64,000 nucleotides of DNA, taken from the NCBI GenBank assembly GCA_965371465.1, contig CBDUYM010000006.1:73768-137767 (forward strand), in the 5' to 3' direction. A program made the translations under genes and the position numbers. Origin of the DNA: an uncultured Alphaproteobacteria bacterium (GTDB lineage: Bacteria > Pseudomonadota > Alphaproteobacteria > CBDUYM01). This document shows, in pieces, positions 1 to 9,537 of this stretch (position 1 is its first letter; every line of letters starts with the position of its first letter). The notes beneath the pieces are model-generated. The model did no database searches and was not told the origin of the DNA. It saw only the letters and a program-made list of their open reading frames with translations.

Positions 1-34
1 GGTCTCTCGCTCTAAGAGCTTAGCGGATCCTGCG

Positions 35-214
35 TTAAGTAAGGATGCCGTTAAACTTGTCAGCGAGCGCCTTCAGGAAGCCGGTCGTTGAGGCATCGCC
101 AAGAATAATGACGAGGCCAGCAGCGATGGCTGCGGCGAGAAGGCCGTATTCGATGGCGGACACCCCGCGATCATCGGCCCTCAGGGTCTTCAGAATCGTA
201 TACAACTTAGTCAT
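35..214 (-). CDS. Flp family type IVb pilin
   Basis: ~59 aa protein MTKLYTILKTLRADDRGVSAIEYGLLAAAIAAGLVI... with the conserved Flp motif (G/S-xIEYGLLAA-hydrophobic). The long AT-rich leader upstream is typical of flp/pilA genes. Start taken at the internal ATG of the 70-aa ORF. Confidence 0.8.
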   Translation of the reverse strand: MTKLYTILKTLRADDRGVSAIEYGLLAAAIAAGLVIILGDASTTGFLKALADKFNGILT

Positions 215-853
215 TTTATCACTCCCCAGTGAAATAAAGATCAACAACTGATCTACTCAAACAAGATGTTCAGGCGGCTCCCTGCGTAAATCGGAATCGG
301 GTTCGCGCCTTCCCATCGAGACCAAGCCTGTGAGAATCGTTCCGAACAACAAATAGATATAAGGGTGTAGATCGTTGTAGGAATCTCGAATCCCTAGGGC
401 TTTCCTGGAGGATAACTGCTAGATATTGATTTCAGCGCCGGAAAAGAGTGCGGTTTGGTGGGTCTCAAAGACGGACTGGTGACAAAAATACATCAGATTA
501 GCATCCTGAAACTGGCCTACCTAAGCGGCACAGTTAAGAGATTTCTGCAACGAATCGGTTTATGCCATTGATTCTGGAAGGTTTTTCTTCCTTACATTAT
601 GTAATATAGACCTGACAATAAGTCAACTGTGCTCTCCTGACAGATCTTCAAGACATGCGCAAAACCCCTCCCTGGCTCGCCAGATCGGCTCATGGCATTG
701 GCTGTGGCGCGCAGTTTCACTGGCTTTTGGCTCCTTTTTTTGAGGTCTATGGTCGTCTGATTTCTGGCTGTTCGCCGGTTTCTGATTTTCTTATCAATCA
801 CCTGTCCTGCGGGACAGTTTGTGCAAATGATCTGGCGCCTGAATGCCTGCCGC

Positions 854-1699
854 TCAGCCCTCGCAAAAAACCTGAGCAATGAAGTGATCATCTTCCAGGC
901 GATGGCCGACATCATCGAAGTTTGTTGAGTTCAGGAACTCAATCATTTCTGAGCCTCGCCGGTTTTCATGCGCGGCTTCGGCAAGCCTGAAAATATATTG
1001 GGGATCAATGGTGATCACACGGGCGCGGCGCGGGTTTGAGCCGACAATTATGCCGTCAACATCGCCGTCCGCTCCTATGATCGGTCCGCCAGAGATGCCG
1101 CCAATGGTCTTCCTGTCGCTGATCAGTGGCCAGCGGTTGACCGCCCAGAAGTGGCCCCATGCAGATGACCTGCTGCGGAAGTCGCTGTCCACTTTCACGG
1201 CAAGCGCTGTCAGCCGGGTGGCCTCCAGCGCACCGTGCTTCCCTTGCGGATAGCCAAATGCGTAGGCAGTGATGGAATTCGTACTGGATCGCGGCCGATC
1301 GCGACTGATGGTCAAGCCGCCCCTGCCGGCACCTTCCGTGATGATAAGGCTGGCATCAGCAGCGGTATGGTTGAAGACCTCGGTTATGCGAAGCCAGCCG
1401 TCGCTGGTTTTCAGTGCGATCGATTTGCAGTCATCGACCACATGGCGCGCCGTGACCCAGGTTTCATCTCTGACCAGGGCAAAAGCTGTGCCGGTGTAGG
1501 TGTTGCCGGACTGTTTGCGTTCGCCGCCAATGATGCCTTGTGGAATGAAGTTCGGCGGTCTGTCGCCGCTGCTGACCAGGGTCTCGGTGAATGAAGATGA
1601 TGATCGCGGTCTATCAAAAGGTAACTCGTCGTCAGGATACGCAAACATCAGACCAAAAAAGAGGCCTGCCCAGACAATGAACCATATTCCTTTAGACAT
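854..1699 (-). CDS. secreted trypsin-like serine protease (S1 family)
   Basis: N-terminal signal anchor, catalytic His context TARHVV and a GISGGPII motif (GDSGGP-like) seen in the translation. Confidence 0.75.
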   Translation of the reverse strand: MSKGIWFIVWAGLFFGLMFAYPDDELPFDRPRSSSSFTETLVSSGDRPPNFIPQGIIGGERKQSGNTYTGTAFALVRDETWVTARHVVDDCKSIALKTSDGWLRITEVFNHTAADASLIITEGAGRGGLTISRDRPRSSTNSITAYAFGYPQGKHGALEATRLTALAVKVDSDFRSRSSAWGHFWAVNRWPLISDRKTIGGISGGPIIGADGDVDGIIVGSNPRRARVITIDPQYIFRLAEAAHENRRGSEMIEFLNSTNFDDVGHRLEDDHFIAQVFCEG

Positions 1700-1710
1700 C
1701 GAGATTCGCC

Positions 1711-2124
1711 CTAGCCGCCCATTGCCGCGCCGTTCATCAGCCCCACCGCAATCTGACAGGCGGCCAGCGTCAGGGCCGGTGGAAATTCATCATTCTCTAT
1801 ATGTGGTTTGATGCCGCGCAGGATCAAGTTGACGCCGCCATAAGTGATCAGCTGAACAGAGATGGCGACGACGCCCCAGATCAGAATGTCATACAGACCA
1901 AGGGAGTGCCGGAGTGCTTCAGAGACTGGGATGGCGAGGCCGACGATCGCCCCAGAGAGCACAATGCTGGCGGCCCGGTTGCCGGCCTTGACCAGCTTGA
2001 GCTCGTGATAAGGCGTTATCGCGATATAAAGCCCGATGCCCGATACCAGGATGACAATGGCGAGCACAAGGTGCGACGCGAAGATGGGCAGGGCTGCAAG
2101 CGCATTTTCCAGGTAAAGCATCAT
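1711..2124 (-). CDS. DUF350 family membrane protein
   Basis: 137 aa, four predicted TM segments, resembles the YjfL/DUF350 small membrane protein family. Lies 12 nt upstream of the protease gene on the same strand. Confidence 0.55.
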   Translation of the reverse strand: MMLYLENALAALPIFASHLVLAIVILVSGIGLYIAITPYHELKLVKAGNRAASIVLSGAIVGLAIPVSEALRHSLGLYDILIWGVVAISVQLITYGGVNLILRGIKPHIENDEFPPALTLAACQIAVGLMNGAAMGG

Positions 2125-2145
2125 GGGCGCGTGTCTCCTCTTGGA

Positions 2146-3321
2146 TCAGTATGCGAGTTCAAGAATTTCAAGAATATCATCAGGGCCGGTGATCGACCGC
2201 GGGTTGGTGCGGATGCCTGGGTCATGCATGGAGCCTTCTGCTATAACCTGGAACTGATCTTTCGAAATTCCGACATCGCGTAAGCATCTTGGCAGGCCAA
2301 GTCCGCGGATGAACGCATCAAGCGCATCACCTGCGTCAGTGCCGGCGGCACCAAGGGCCTCGGCAACGACCGCCTGTTGTTCAGCGTTCTCTGACTTGTT
2401 CCATTTCATGACGAAAGGCAACATGACGCAGGACGTGTAGCCATGTGGCACATCACATGTTCCACCCAGTACATGTCCGATGCCGTGGCTTGCACCCGTG
2501 GGAACGCGCGCCATGCCATGTGTCATGGAGGCCCAGGCACCCATCTGGCATTTCATGCGGGCATCGAGGTCCCCTGGATCCGCCTTGACGCCCTCAAGCC
2601 CCGCTTTCAAAAGTCTGAGGGCTTGCATAGCGGTTCCGTCGACGAAGGCATTCGGTCTGGAGGAACAAAGCGACTCGACGGCGTGATCAACAGCGCGGAT
2701 GCCAGTTGAAAGCCAGAGCCACTCTGGCGTATGGATGGTTACGGCCGGATCAAGAATGACTGTTCGTGGAATAAGGTCGCGATGATTGTAGCCCTGCTTC
2801 GCCTTGATCCGTGTGTCGGTGCAACCGCCAAGAGACGAAAACTCTCCTGCTGACAAGGTTGTAGGGATCGTGATCTGGCGCACCCTGGGGCTTCTGATTT
2901 CAGGCCAGATGACCTTGCCGTCAGCATCCCGGCGGCCAAGACGATAGGCGTCCAGCGCATCCTGATCTGTGAGATCATGCTCAAGCGCAATCTGCATTAC
3001 TTTGCCGCCATCTGTGGTCGAGCCACCGCCGAACGTAACGATCAGATCGGCTGAAGCATCGCGAGCTGCATTTGCCGCAGCGATGACTGCGTCCCTTGGC
3101 GTATGCGCCGGCATGTGATCGCAGAGGCCTGCGAACCGGTTGCCGAGCGCCGCCTTCAGGTTTTCGACTTCGTTGGTTTCGCGGTTCAAAGTGCCGCTTG
3201 TCAGCAGGAACACATGATTTGCGTCGAGACGATCAGCCTCCTGGACGAGCGCATCCGCGGCTGGAATGCCATAGATTACCTGCTCCATGGCGGTATAGAT
3301 GAACGTGCCCTGCTCAGGCAT
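2146..3321 (-). CDS. iron-containing alcohol dehydrogenase family protein
   Basis: GGGSTTDGGK NAD-binding motif and HGIGHVLGG metal-binding histidines. The ORF's first codon is TTG, so the start was moved to ATG 3321, which has a GGGGGA RBS 7 nt upstream. Confidence 0.8.
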   Translation of the reverse strand: MPEQGTFIYTAMEQVIYGIPAADALVQEADRLDANHVFLLTSGTLNRETNEVENLKAALGNRFAGLCDHMPAHTPRDAVIAAANAARDASADLIVTFGGGSTTDGGKVMQIALEHDLTDQDALDAYRLGRRDADGKVIWPEIRSPRVRQITIPTTLSAGEFSSLGGCTDTRIKAKQGYNHRDLIPRTVILDPAVTIHTPEWLWLSTGIRAVDHAVESLCSSRPNAFVDGTAMQALRLLKAGLEGVKADPGDLDARMKCQMGAWASMTHGMARVPTGASHGIGHVLGGTCDVPHGYTSCVMLPFVMKWNKSENAEQQAVVAEALGAAGTDAGDALDAFIRGLGLPRCLRDVGISKDQFQVIAEGSMHDPGIRTNPRSITGPDDILEILELAY

Positions 3322-3420
3322 GTTGAAGTCCCCCAAAATAGCGGATCTGTCTTCCGTTCTTGTTTTGTTTCCTGTGCTGTGCCACCGTCATATGCTCAGT
3401 TTACACGTGAGGCGTGACAC

Positions 3421-3999
3421 ATGAACAGACAAGTGTACCTCTATGTCTTCGACACGCTCGCGGATTGGGAGCCAGCAGCGGCAATCGCCCAGATTCGCCA
3501 ACAGTCAGACTATGAAATTGTCACTCTCGGCCGCTCGCTTGAACCCATCAAAACCATGGGCGGCGTGACGATTTTGCCAGACATCACACTCGCTGACGCT
3601 TCTCTTGACAACCTTGCCCTGCTTCTTCTTCCAGGCGACGACTGGGGGGCTGATGTCTGCGACCCTGTGGAACCGCTGGTGCGTGATGCGCTCGATCATC
3701 AAATTCCTGTGGCGGCGATCTGTGGTGCGACCACCGCCATCGCCCAATGGGGTCTCTTCAAGGGCAGGGTACATACCGGCAACGCACAGTGGGGCCTGCT
3801 GCATGACGTACCAGACTATGCAGGGCACGAAAACTACGTGCGCGAGCCTTTGTCGGTTACATCAGACGACATCATCTCTGCGGGCGGCATCGGCTACATG
3901 GAATTTGCCTGCGAAATCTTCCGTGCGTTGAACATCAACGATGAAGATTGGATCAGGGGATGGTACGGGCACTTTAAACTCGGGAAGACGTTTGACTGA
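3421..3999 (+). CDS. DJ-1/PfpI family protein (type 1 glutamine amidotransferase-like)
   Basis: 192 aa, nucleophile-elbow Cys in AICGAT, overall DJ-1/PfpI pattern. Divergent from the ADH gene. Confidence 0.7.
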   Translation: MNRQVYLYVFDTLADWEPAAAIAQIRQQSDYEIVTLGRSLEPIKTMGGVTILPDITLADASLDNLALLLLPGDDWGADVCDPVEPLVRDALDHQIPVAAICGATTAIAQWGLFKGRVHTGNAQWGLLHDVPDYAGHENYVREPLSVTSDDIISAGGIGYMEFACEIFRALNINDEDWIRGWYGHFKLGKTFD

Positions 4000-4004
4000 G
4001 CCAG

Positions 4005-4043
4005 CCAAACAAATGAAAACGCCCCGCGCTGTTGCACGGGGCG
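4005..4043 (-). terminator. rho-independent terminator (hairpin CGCCCCG-N10-CGGGGCG then TTTTCATTTGTTT on the minus strand)
   Basis: Perfect 7-bp GC stem at 4020-4026/4037-4043 with a T-rich tract downstream on the minus strand. Located between convergent genes. Confidence 0.5.
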
Positions 4044-4069
4044 AAATCTATATCGGCTGATTGACCAGA

Positions 4070-4468
4070 TTATCTCAGTCTGGTGCTTATGCTGTTCGAA
4101 ATCACAATAACGCCAGAAGCCTGGATTTCAGCAAGCAATGCCTGCCACTCTTCATCGGCGTTATTGGCCGCCTGGCTGGAAGCCCAGGACTCGATACCGT
4201 CACTATGTACGACCACGGAAATCTGATTGGATTCAGTACCAGCGACGGTCGACATCCATACTTCAATTCGGGCACCCGTCTCGAGCCGATCGTTGATCGC
4301 TTGCGCTCTGCCGACGCGTTCCATGAAGGCGGGCACGTCAGCAGGTGCGACGGCAAGGGTGATGACCTGAGCTACTGCCTGTGATTCCTGGGCAACAGAA
4401 GGTGATGGCGCTACAAAAAGCATGGCAACAAAAGCAAGCGAAAGTGACGTCATAAGTAACTTCAACAT
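4070..4468 (-). CDS. hypothetical secreted protein
   Basis: Signal peptide MLKLLMTSLSLAFVAMLFVAPSPSVAQE. No recognisable domain. Followed by a hairpin plus T-tract. Confidence 0.4.
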   Translation of the reverse strand: MLKLLMTSLSLAFVAMLFVAPSPSVAQESQAVAQVITLAVAPADVPAFMERVGRAQAINDRLETGARIEVWMSTVAGTESNQISVVVHSDGIESWASSQAANNADEEWQALLAEIQASGVIVISNSISTRLR

Positions 4469-4577
4469 GATGCTTCCCCCTGGGAGTTCTTTGTTCACTC
4501 TTCAGACGTGAAAACTATAGGGGCAAATCCGGCGCAGACGCTATGCACCAGCCGTTGAAGGTTAGTAGTGGTTACAA

Positions 4578-6125
4578 TCAGATGATGTCCGCCCAGGCCA
4601 ACCATTCTTCGTCAGCAGGCGCGTTTTTCATTTTGCTCTCCGCATTAAAAATCATTGTCGGGCGATCCTGATCATTCCATGGCGCCCAGTCGCCGATGCT
4701 GTCATGGCTTGGATTACCGGTCCTCGCAAAGTTCAGCCAGGCATCCATCATGTTGCCTTCAAGGCGACTGGCGTCCGGGCCCTTGCCTGCAAACCGGTCC
4801 TGAGTGGGCGTATGTAATGTGCCAAAAACGAATGGCATTTCAAGAGCATGGCAGGCGCCCAGTGCCCCGCGGCGTGCCGGACTTTCCCAGGTGAAATAGT
4901 AAACATAGGTATCTGACTGGTGCGCCTTTTGTGCCGATGCCCAGCGCGTGCCCGGAATACGGAACTGACTGTCCGAACGAACGGCATCGACCAGATCGTT
5001 GTTGTCATGCGGCAGACCGGCCGCCGTCCTTGTCCGGCGGTAGATATCAATGAGGTTACCAACTTCTGACGCCGCATGTTCGGGCAGGATAAGCGTAATG
5101 GATTGCTGAAGCTCTTCATCGGAAATAGGATCGGGATTGGGGTTGCCCATGCGGCTGAAGAGCCGGGTTTCATCCCGGTTTGATCCGATCATCACGGGAA
5201 TATCTGCAGAATATCCTGACCTGATCGCATCGAGGGGTATATGAGGTAATGTATCCCCATCCATTACAGGTGAATAGGATGCGCCGCGCCGTGGACCGGC
5301 AACTTTTCGGCTCGACTGAATTTGGGCCTGCAGAATTTCATCGGCCGACTTGGCCATAAGCGCTGCCTGATCCGCTGATTTGAGGCCAAATTCAGCCAGA
5401 AACGCTTCGCCGAGCGTGCTGGCCTGATCTGTCGGCTGGCCGCGCCCAGAACCACTTTCCATAATGGCTTTGTGGAACAGACCCTTGGCGGCAGGCATGG
5501 CCAGCAGCGTTGCTACAGCGGCAGAGCCTGCACTCTCACCAAAAATCGTGACCTTCCTGGCATCACCACCGAAGACGCCGATGTTTTCACGTACCCATTC
5601 AAGGGCTGAGATCATATCAAGCTGGCCATTGTTGGCCGAATGCCCCCAATCCCTGCCGCCATGATCGCCAAGCCAGACGTAACCAAGTGCGCCGAGGCGA
5701 TAATTGATGGTCACCACGACAACATCACCGCGCTCGGCCAGCGGACCGCCGTCATAGAGTGCGGAGACAGCCGAGCCGAGTGTAAAGCCGCCGCCATGAA
5801 TCCAGAACAGCACGGGCCGTTTGGCGTCATCTGCCTTCGGTGTGAACACATTGAGGCAAAGACAATCCTCATCAAGCGGCCCCTCAGCCGCCATGCCGGG
5901 AATGTTGCTGGATGTCTGGATCGACGAAAATCCAAATTCACTCGCGTCCCGCACACCATCCCAGGCAGGGAACGCCGCTGGCGGGCAAAAGCGGGCCTTG
6001 CCGGTCGGCGCCTTGGCAAAAGGGATTCCAAGATAGGCGGTATGCCCATCATGTTGAAGGCCGGTCATTCGACCTGCAGGCGCCTCAACAACTTCCGAGT
6101 CGCTCGTTCTTTCAGTAACCGCCAT
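4578..6125 (-). CDS. carboxylesterase type B (para-nitrobenzyl esterase-like)
   Basis: 515 aa, GESAGS nucleophile elbow, HGGGF oxyanion motif, carboxylesterase B architecture. Confidence 0.85.
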   Translation of the reverse strand: MAVTERTSDSEVVEAPAGRMTGLQHDGHTAYLGIPFAKAPTGKARFCPPAAFPAWDGVRDASEFGFSSIQTSSNIPGMAAEGPLDEDCLCLNVFTPKADDAKRPVLFWIHGGGFTLGSAVSALYDGGPLAERGDVVVVTINYRLGALGYVWLGDHGGRDWGHSANNGQLDMISALEWVRENIGVFGGDARKVTIFGESAGSAAVATLLAMPAAKGLFHKAIMESGSGRGQPTDQASTLGEAFLAEFGLKSADQAALMAKSADEILQAQIQSSRKVAGPRRGASYSPVMDGDTLPHIPLDAIRSGYSADIPVMIGSNRDETRLFSRMGNPNPDPISDEELQQSITLILPEHAASEVGNLIDIYRRTRTAAGLPHDNNDLVDAVRSDSQFRIPGTRWASAQKAHQSDTYVYYFTWESPARRGALGACHALEMPFVFGTLHTPTQDRFAGKGPDASRLEGNMMDAWLNFARTGNPSHDSIGDWAPWNDQDRPTMIFNAESKMKNAPADEEWLAWADII

Positions 6126-6268
6126 TTCCCTGCTCCCCGAGATTGTGATCTGGTTTTGCGCACGAGGTTAGCCAATTTGAACGTCGGCTACCAGTGGTCA
6201 ACGACAGCCGTGCCACAAGAGATTGTTCATGCTATAGGACGCTCCCGTATCCTGCTGGAGGTGCTGCA

Positions 6269-7102
6269 ATGCCTGCCTCGATTAAGCTTATTGCCGTGGA
6301 TCTGGATGGCACATTGCTGAATGCAGAGCGGCAGGTCTGTTTGGCCGGTTTGCAGGCTTTGAAGCGGGCCGAGGCCGCTGGAATCCACATTGTAGTAGCC
6401 ACCGCGCGAAATGCTGAAAGCACAGGCAAGGTGGTCGGCGGGGCAAGCTTCCATGGGCCAGTGATCACTTCGACAGGTGCAGTGATCCTGAAAGAGCTGA
6501 ACGGGGAGATCTGGGCTTCTCACAAGGTGCCCCGCAATGTTGCACATGAAATTGCCGCACATGCGGATGCCAATCAGTGGGGCCTCAGCATTCTTGCGGA
6601 CGGCGTGACGCACTACAGTTGGGATCGCGCAACCGAGCTTAAATTCATGCAAAGGGAGCGGAACACAAGGGTCGCTGTGGCTTCAGGGATCGAGGCAGTC
6701 AAGAACGATGTAACCCAGATCATAATCCGTGATGCTGAAGTGATTCCGAAGATGCGCGAACATTGCCAAACAGAATTTGCCGCGCATGTTCGTCTGCAGC
6801 CCTTCTATCACGTTGATGGCAGTATCGAGGCTATGGCTATTTTGCCCAAGCTTGCCAACAAAGGCGATGCCCTTGGTTACGTCGCGGACAAACTTGGGAT
6901 ACCACACGCTGCCGTACTGGCCCTTGGCGACAACGACAGTGATATCGCCATGTTTGAACAAGCCGGCGTGTCAGCCTGCATGGGCAACGGCACTGACCGC
7001 GCAAGAAAGGCTGCTCAATGCGTTGCCCCTCATCATGACGAAGGCGGCGTTGCCTGGGCAGTAAATTCATTAGTATTCGGCGAAGGATCCCGGCATGGCT
7101 GA
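6269..7102 (+). CDS. Cof-type HAD-IIB family hydrolase
   Basis: IKLIAVDLDGTLL motif I, C-terminal GDNDSDIAMF motif. Start moved to ATG 6269, which has a GGAGG RBS. Confidence 0.8.
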   Translation: MPASIKLIAVDLDGTLLNAERQVCLAGLQALKRAEAAGIHIVVATARNAESTGKVVGGASFHGPVITSTGAVILKELNGEIWASHKVPRNVAHEIAAHADANQWGLSILADGVTHYSWDRATELKFMQRERNTRVAVASGIEAVKNDVTQIIIRDAEVIPKMREHCQTEFAAHVRLQPFYHVDGSIEAMAILPKLANKGDALGYVADKLGIPHAAVLALGDNDSDIAMFEQAGVSACMGNGTDRARKAAQCVAPHHDEGGVAWAVNSLVFGEGSRHG

Positions 7103-7916
7103 AGACATTCGCATGATCGCCGTTGATCTTGACCAGACTCTGATCACCAGCGAGCGGACGGTTTGCGCTGAAAGCTTTCAGGCTTTGCAGGACGCCGTCG
7201 CGTCGGGCATTCATGTTGTGGTGGCGACGGCACGCCAATGGTCGAGTACGCAAGCAATTGCGGCGGCGCTGGGCAATGATCAGCCTGTGATCTGCAACAA
7301 TGGCGCTGACATCATGGCGAACGCGGCCGGCGAAGTCTGGCAGGCACATCGCATGCCGGTGGAGCTTGGTATTGAAGTGGCGGCACTGGCCCGGGCCAAC
7401 GGCTGGTTCCTGAGCTTTACCGTGGCTGGTGAAACACATGCTCATCGGGATGGTCAATGGTTGAGCGAATCGGCGGTGCCGCATCCAGATTTTCATGGCT
7501 GGCTTGAAAGTGAGGCGGGGGAGGGTCCAGTGCGTATTCTGGCCTTTGAAGAGGATGCTGTGAAAGCCTACCGCGAGCTTGTTCAAGGCCAGCATCGGGA
7601 GACCAGCCGCATACAGGATTTCCATAACGAAGACGGCGCCCTGCTGGCCATCGGCTTACTGCCACTGGCTGCCACCAAAGGCCGCGGCGTCAAGGATGTC
7701 GCGGCACGACTTGGGCTTCAAGCCTCTCAGGTCATGGCGCTCGGTGATAATGACAGCGACATTTCCATGTTCAGGGAAGCCGGCGTCAGTGTCGCCATGG
7801 CAAACGGCACACCGGAAGCCCGCGATGCGGCTGACCATGTGGCACCGTCCAACGATGAGGCCGGTGTCGCCTGGGCGGTGCGGGAATTTGCGCTGAAAGG
7901 GCGAACTCCCTACTGA
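7095..7916 (+). CDS. Cof-type HAD-IIB family hydrolase (paralog)
   Basis: IRMIAVDLDQTLIT and GDNDSDISMF motifs. Overlaps the upstream paralog by 8 nt. Confidence 0.8.
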   Translation: MAEDIRMIAVDLDQTLITSERTVCAESFQALQDAVASGIHVVVATARQWSSTQAIAAALGNDQPVICNNGADIMANAAGEVWQAHRMPVELGIEVAALARANGWFLSFTVAGETHAHRDGQWLSESAVPHPDFHGWLESEAGEGPVRILAFEEDAVKAYRELVQGQHRETSRIQDFHNEDGALLAIGLLPLAATKGRGVKDVAARLGLQASQVMALGDNDSDISMFREAGVSVAMANGTPEARDAADHVAPSNDEAGVAWAVREFALKGRTPY

Positions 7917-8677
7917 CCCCGCATTCTCTCCTGCAGTCGTCTCATGCCGCCGAGCCAACGGTCGTAGTCGCTGGTCTTTCGCTGCATGTATTCGAGCACC
8001 TCTGCATGCGGCAAACAAAGGAATTTCTCTTCCCTGATGGTGTCCATGACGTAGTCCGCGAGCTCTTCCGGCTCAAGCATGCCATCGAGGCCTGCTGATC
8101 CGCCGTCGCCGCCGCCGGTCATGGCGGTGCGGACGCCCTGCGGACAAAGGACCGACACCTTGATGCCCTGGTCGCCATATGTGATCGCGAGCCATTCGGC
8201 CAGCGACACAGCCGCATGTTTTGAGACAGCGTAGGAAAGGGAGCCAATGATGGTGAGCAGGCCAGCCGCAGAAGACGTATTGAAAAGGTAGCCGCCGCCG
8301 CGTTCAATCATGCCGGGGATCACCGCACGGGCTGCGTAAAGATGGGCATACATGTGGACATTCATGCTGTCCTCCATGTCTTTCTGCGGCACGAAAATGT
8401 CGCCGCCCCTGGAGATGCCGGCGTTCGAGCAAAAGAGATCAATCGGCCCGATTTTGGCTTCTGTTTCGGCAACCAGTGCCTTGATTTCATCTTCCTTGGC
8501 GACGTCTATTTCAATGCCAAGGCCGCCGAACTCATCTGCCACTGATTTCGCACCGGCTCCGTTCATGTCTGCGCAGACCACTCCTTTGGCGCCTTCGTCT
8601 GCGAAACGCCGTGCCATGGCCCGACCGATGCCGCTGGCGGCCCCTGTAACGACCGCAATCTTGCCTTTGACTTCCAT
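7910..8677 (-). CDS. SDR family oxidoreductase
   Basis: [10 protein letters not shown] Rossmann motif and YAVSK catalytic motif. Confidence 0.85.
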   Translation of the reverse strand: MEVKGKIAVVTGAASGIGRAMARRFADEGAKGVVCADMNGAGAKSVADEFGGLGIEIDVAKEDEIKALVAETEAKIGPIDLFCSNAGISRGGDIFVPQKDMEDSMNVHMYAHLYAARAVIPGMIERGGGYLFNTSSAAGLLTIIGSLSYAVSKHAAVSLAEWLAITYGDQGIKVSVLCPQGVRTAMTGGGDGGSAGLDGMLEPEELADYVMDTIREEKFLCLPHAEVLEYMQRKTSDYDRWLGGMRRLQERMRGQ

Positions 8678-8783
8678 GATGTCTTCCCTGATCAGATCAA
8701 TTTTGCAGGCATCCTACGACAAGCTTTCAGCGAGGCAAAGCGTGAGGTAGGGTGCAGAGATACGGAAGCTTAAGCTGGCACAG

Positions 8784-9536
8784 ATGAAAAAATCGGTTCG
8801 CAAAAAACGCGCAAATGCCTATGAGCGCATCTTTGACAAATTCACGGCCCCCATCGCCCCAGTGGATTGCGGCAAAATGTGCGCCCCCCTGAACAACGGT
8901 GAGCCGGTCTGCTGCACCACAGAACATGCCGTGCCCATCGTTGACAAAGGTGAGTGGGATGTACTGAACGGGCGGACGGATCTCTGGTTCAAATTCAAAC
9001 CCTTTGACGCGGTTTCGAAAGAGATTGTTGATGATCTGCATGAAGACTGTATCGCCATTGAATGCAAAGGCGCTGCCTTTTGCGAGCGGCACAATCGGTC
9101 GCTGGCCTGCCGGGCGTTCCCGTTCTTTCCCTATTTCAGCAAAGAAAAAGATTTCGTCGGCTTCAGCCATTACTGGGCATTTGAGGATCGCTGCTGGGTC
9201 ATATCCAACATGCAGATCGCCGAGCAGGCTTATATCGATCAGATGGTCTGGGCTTACGAACATCTGTTTGACACAGATGAAGAGCAGCGCGAGGTCTATG
9301 AGGAATATTCAGCTTCCATGCGCCGCGTTTTTTCGCGCTGGAAGCGGATCATTCCCATTGTCGGTCGCAATGGCGGTTTCATGAAAGACCTGCCCAAGGG
9401 CGGCGGGATCGTACCTGCGAAACCCGCCGAGTTCGGTAAATGGGGACCTTATACGTCTCGCAAGGACTATGAAGAGGCTGTAGCGGTCGAGGGCGGCACG
9501 CTGCCGGATGAGTATAGAGAAATGATGAGGATGTAA
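8784..9536 (+). CDS. hypothetical cysteine-cluster protein
   Basis: 250 aa, basic N-terminus, C-x3-C-x9-CC cluster (CGKMCAPLNNGEPVCC) plus further Cys/His. Its stop lies 1 nt before the ACAD start (TAAcATG), implying translational coupling. Confidence 0.5.
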   Translation: MKKSVRKKRANAYERIFDKFTAPIAPVDCGKMCAPLNNGEPVCCTTEHAVPIVDKGEWDVLNGRTDLWFKFKPFDAVSKEIVDDLHEDCIAIECKGAAFCERHNRSLACRAFPFFPYFSKEKDFVGFSHYWAFEDRCWVISNMQIAEQAYIDQMVWAYEHLFDTDEEQREVYEEYSASMRRVFSRWKRIIPIVGRNGGFMKDLPKGGGIVPAKPAEFGKWGPYTSRKDYEEAVAVEGGTLPDEYREMMRM

Positions 9537-9537
9537 C

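Noticed and set aside
215-853. c-di-GMP (GEMM) riboswitch or sRNA in the flp leader
   Set aside because: No GGCAAACC / GCAAAGCC-type GEMM motifs seen on the relevant strand. Left as an uncharacterised leader.
592-915. 107-aa minus-strand ORF and 75-aa plus-strand ORF (655-882) in the pilin leader
   Set aside because: They overlap the 3' end of the protease gene or lie in AT-rich leader, with no RBS and no recognisable domain. Likely spurious.
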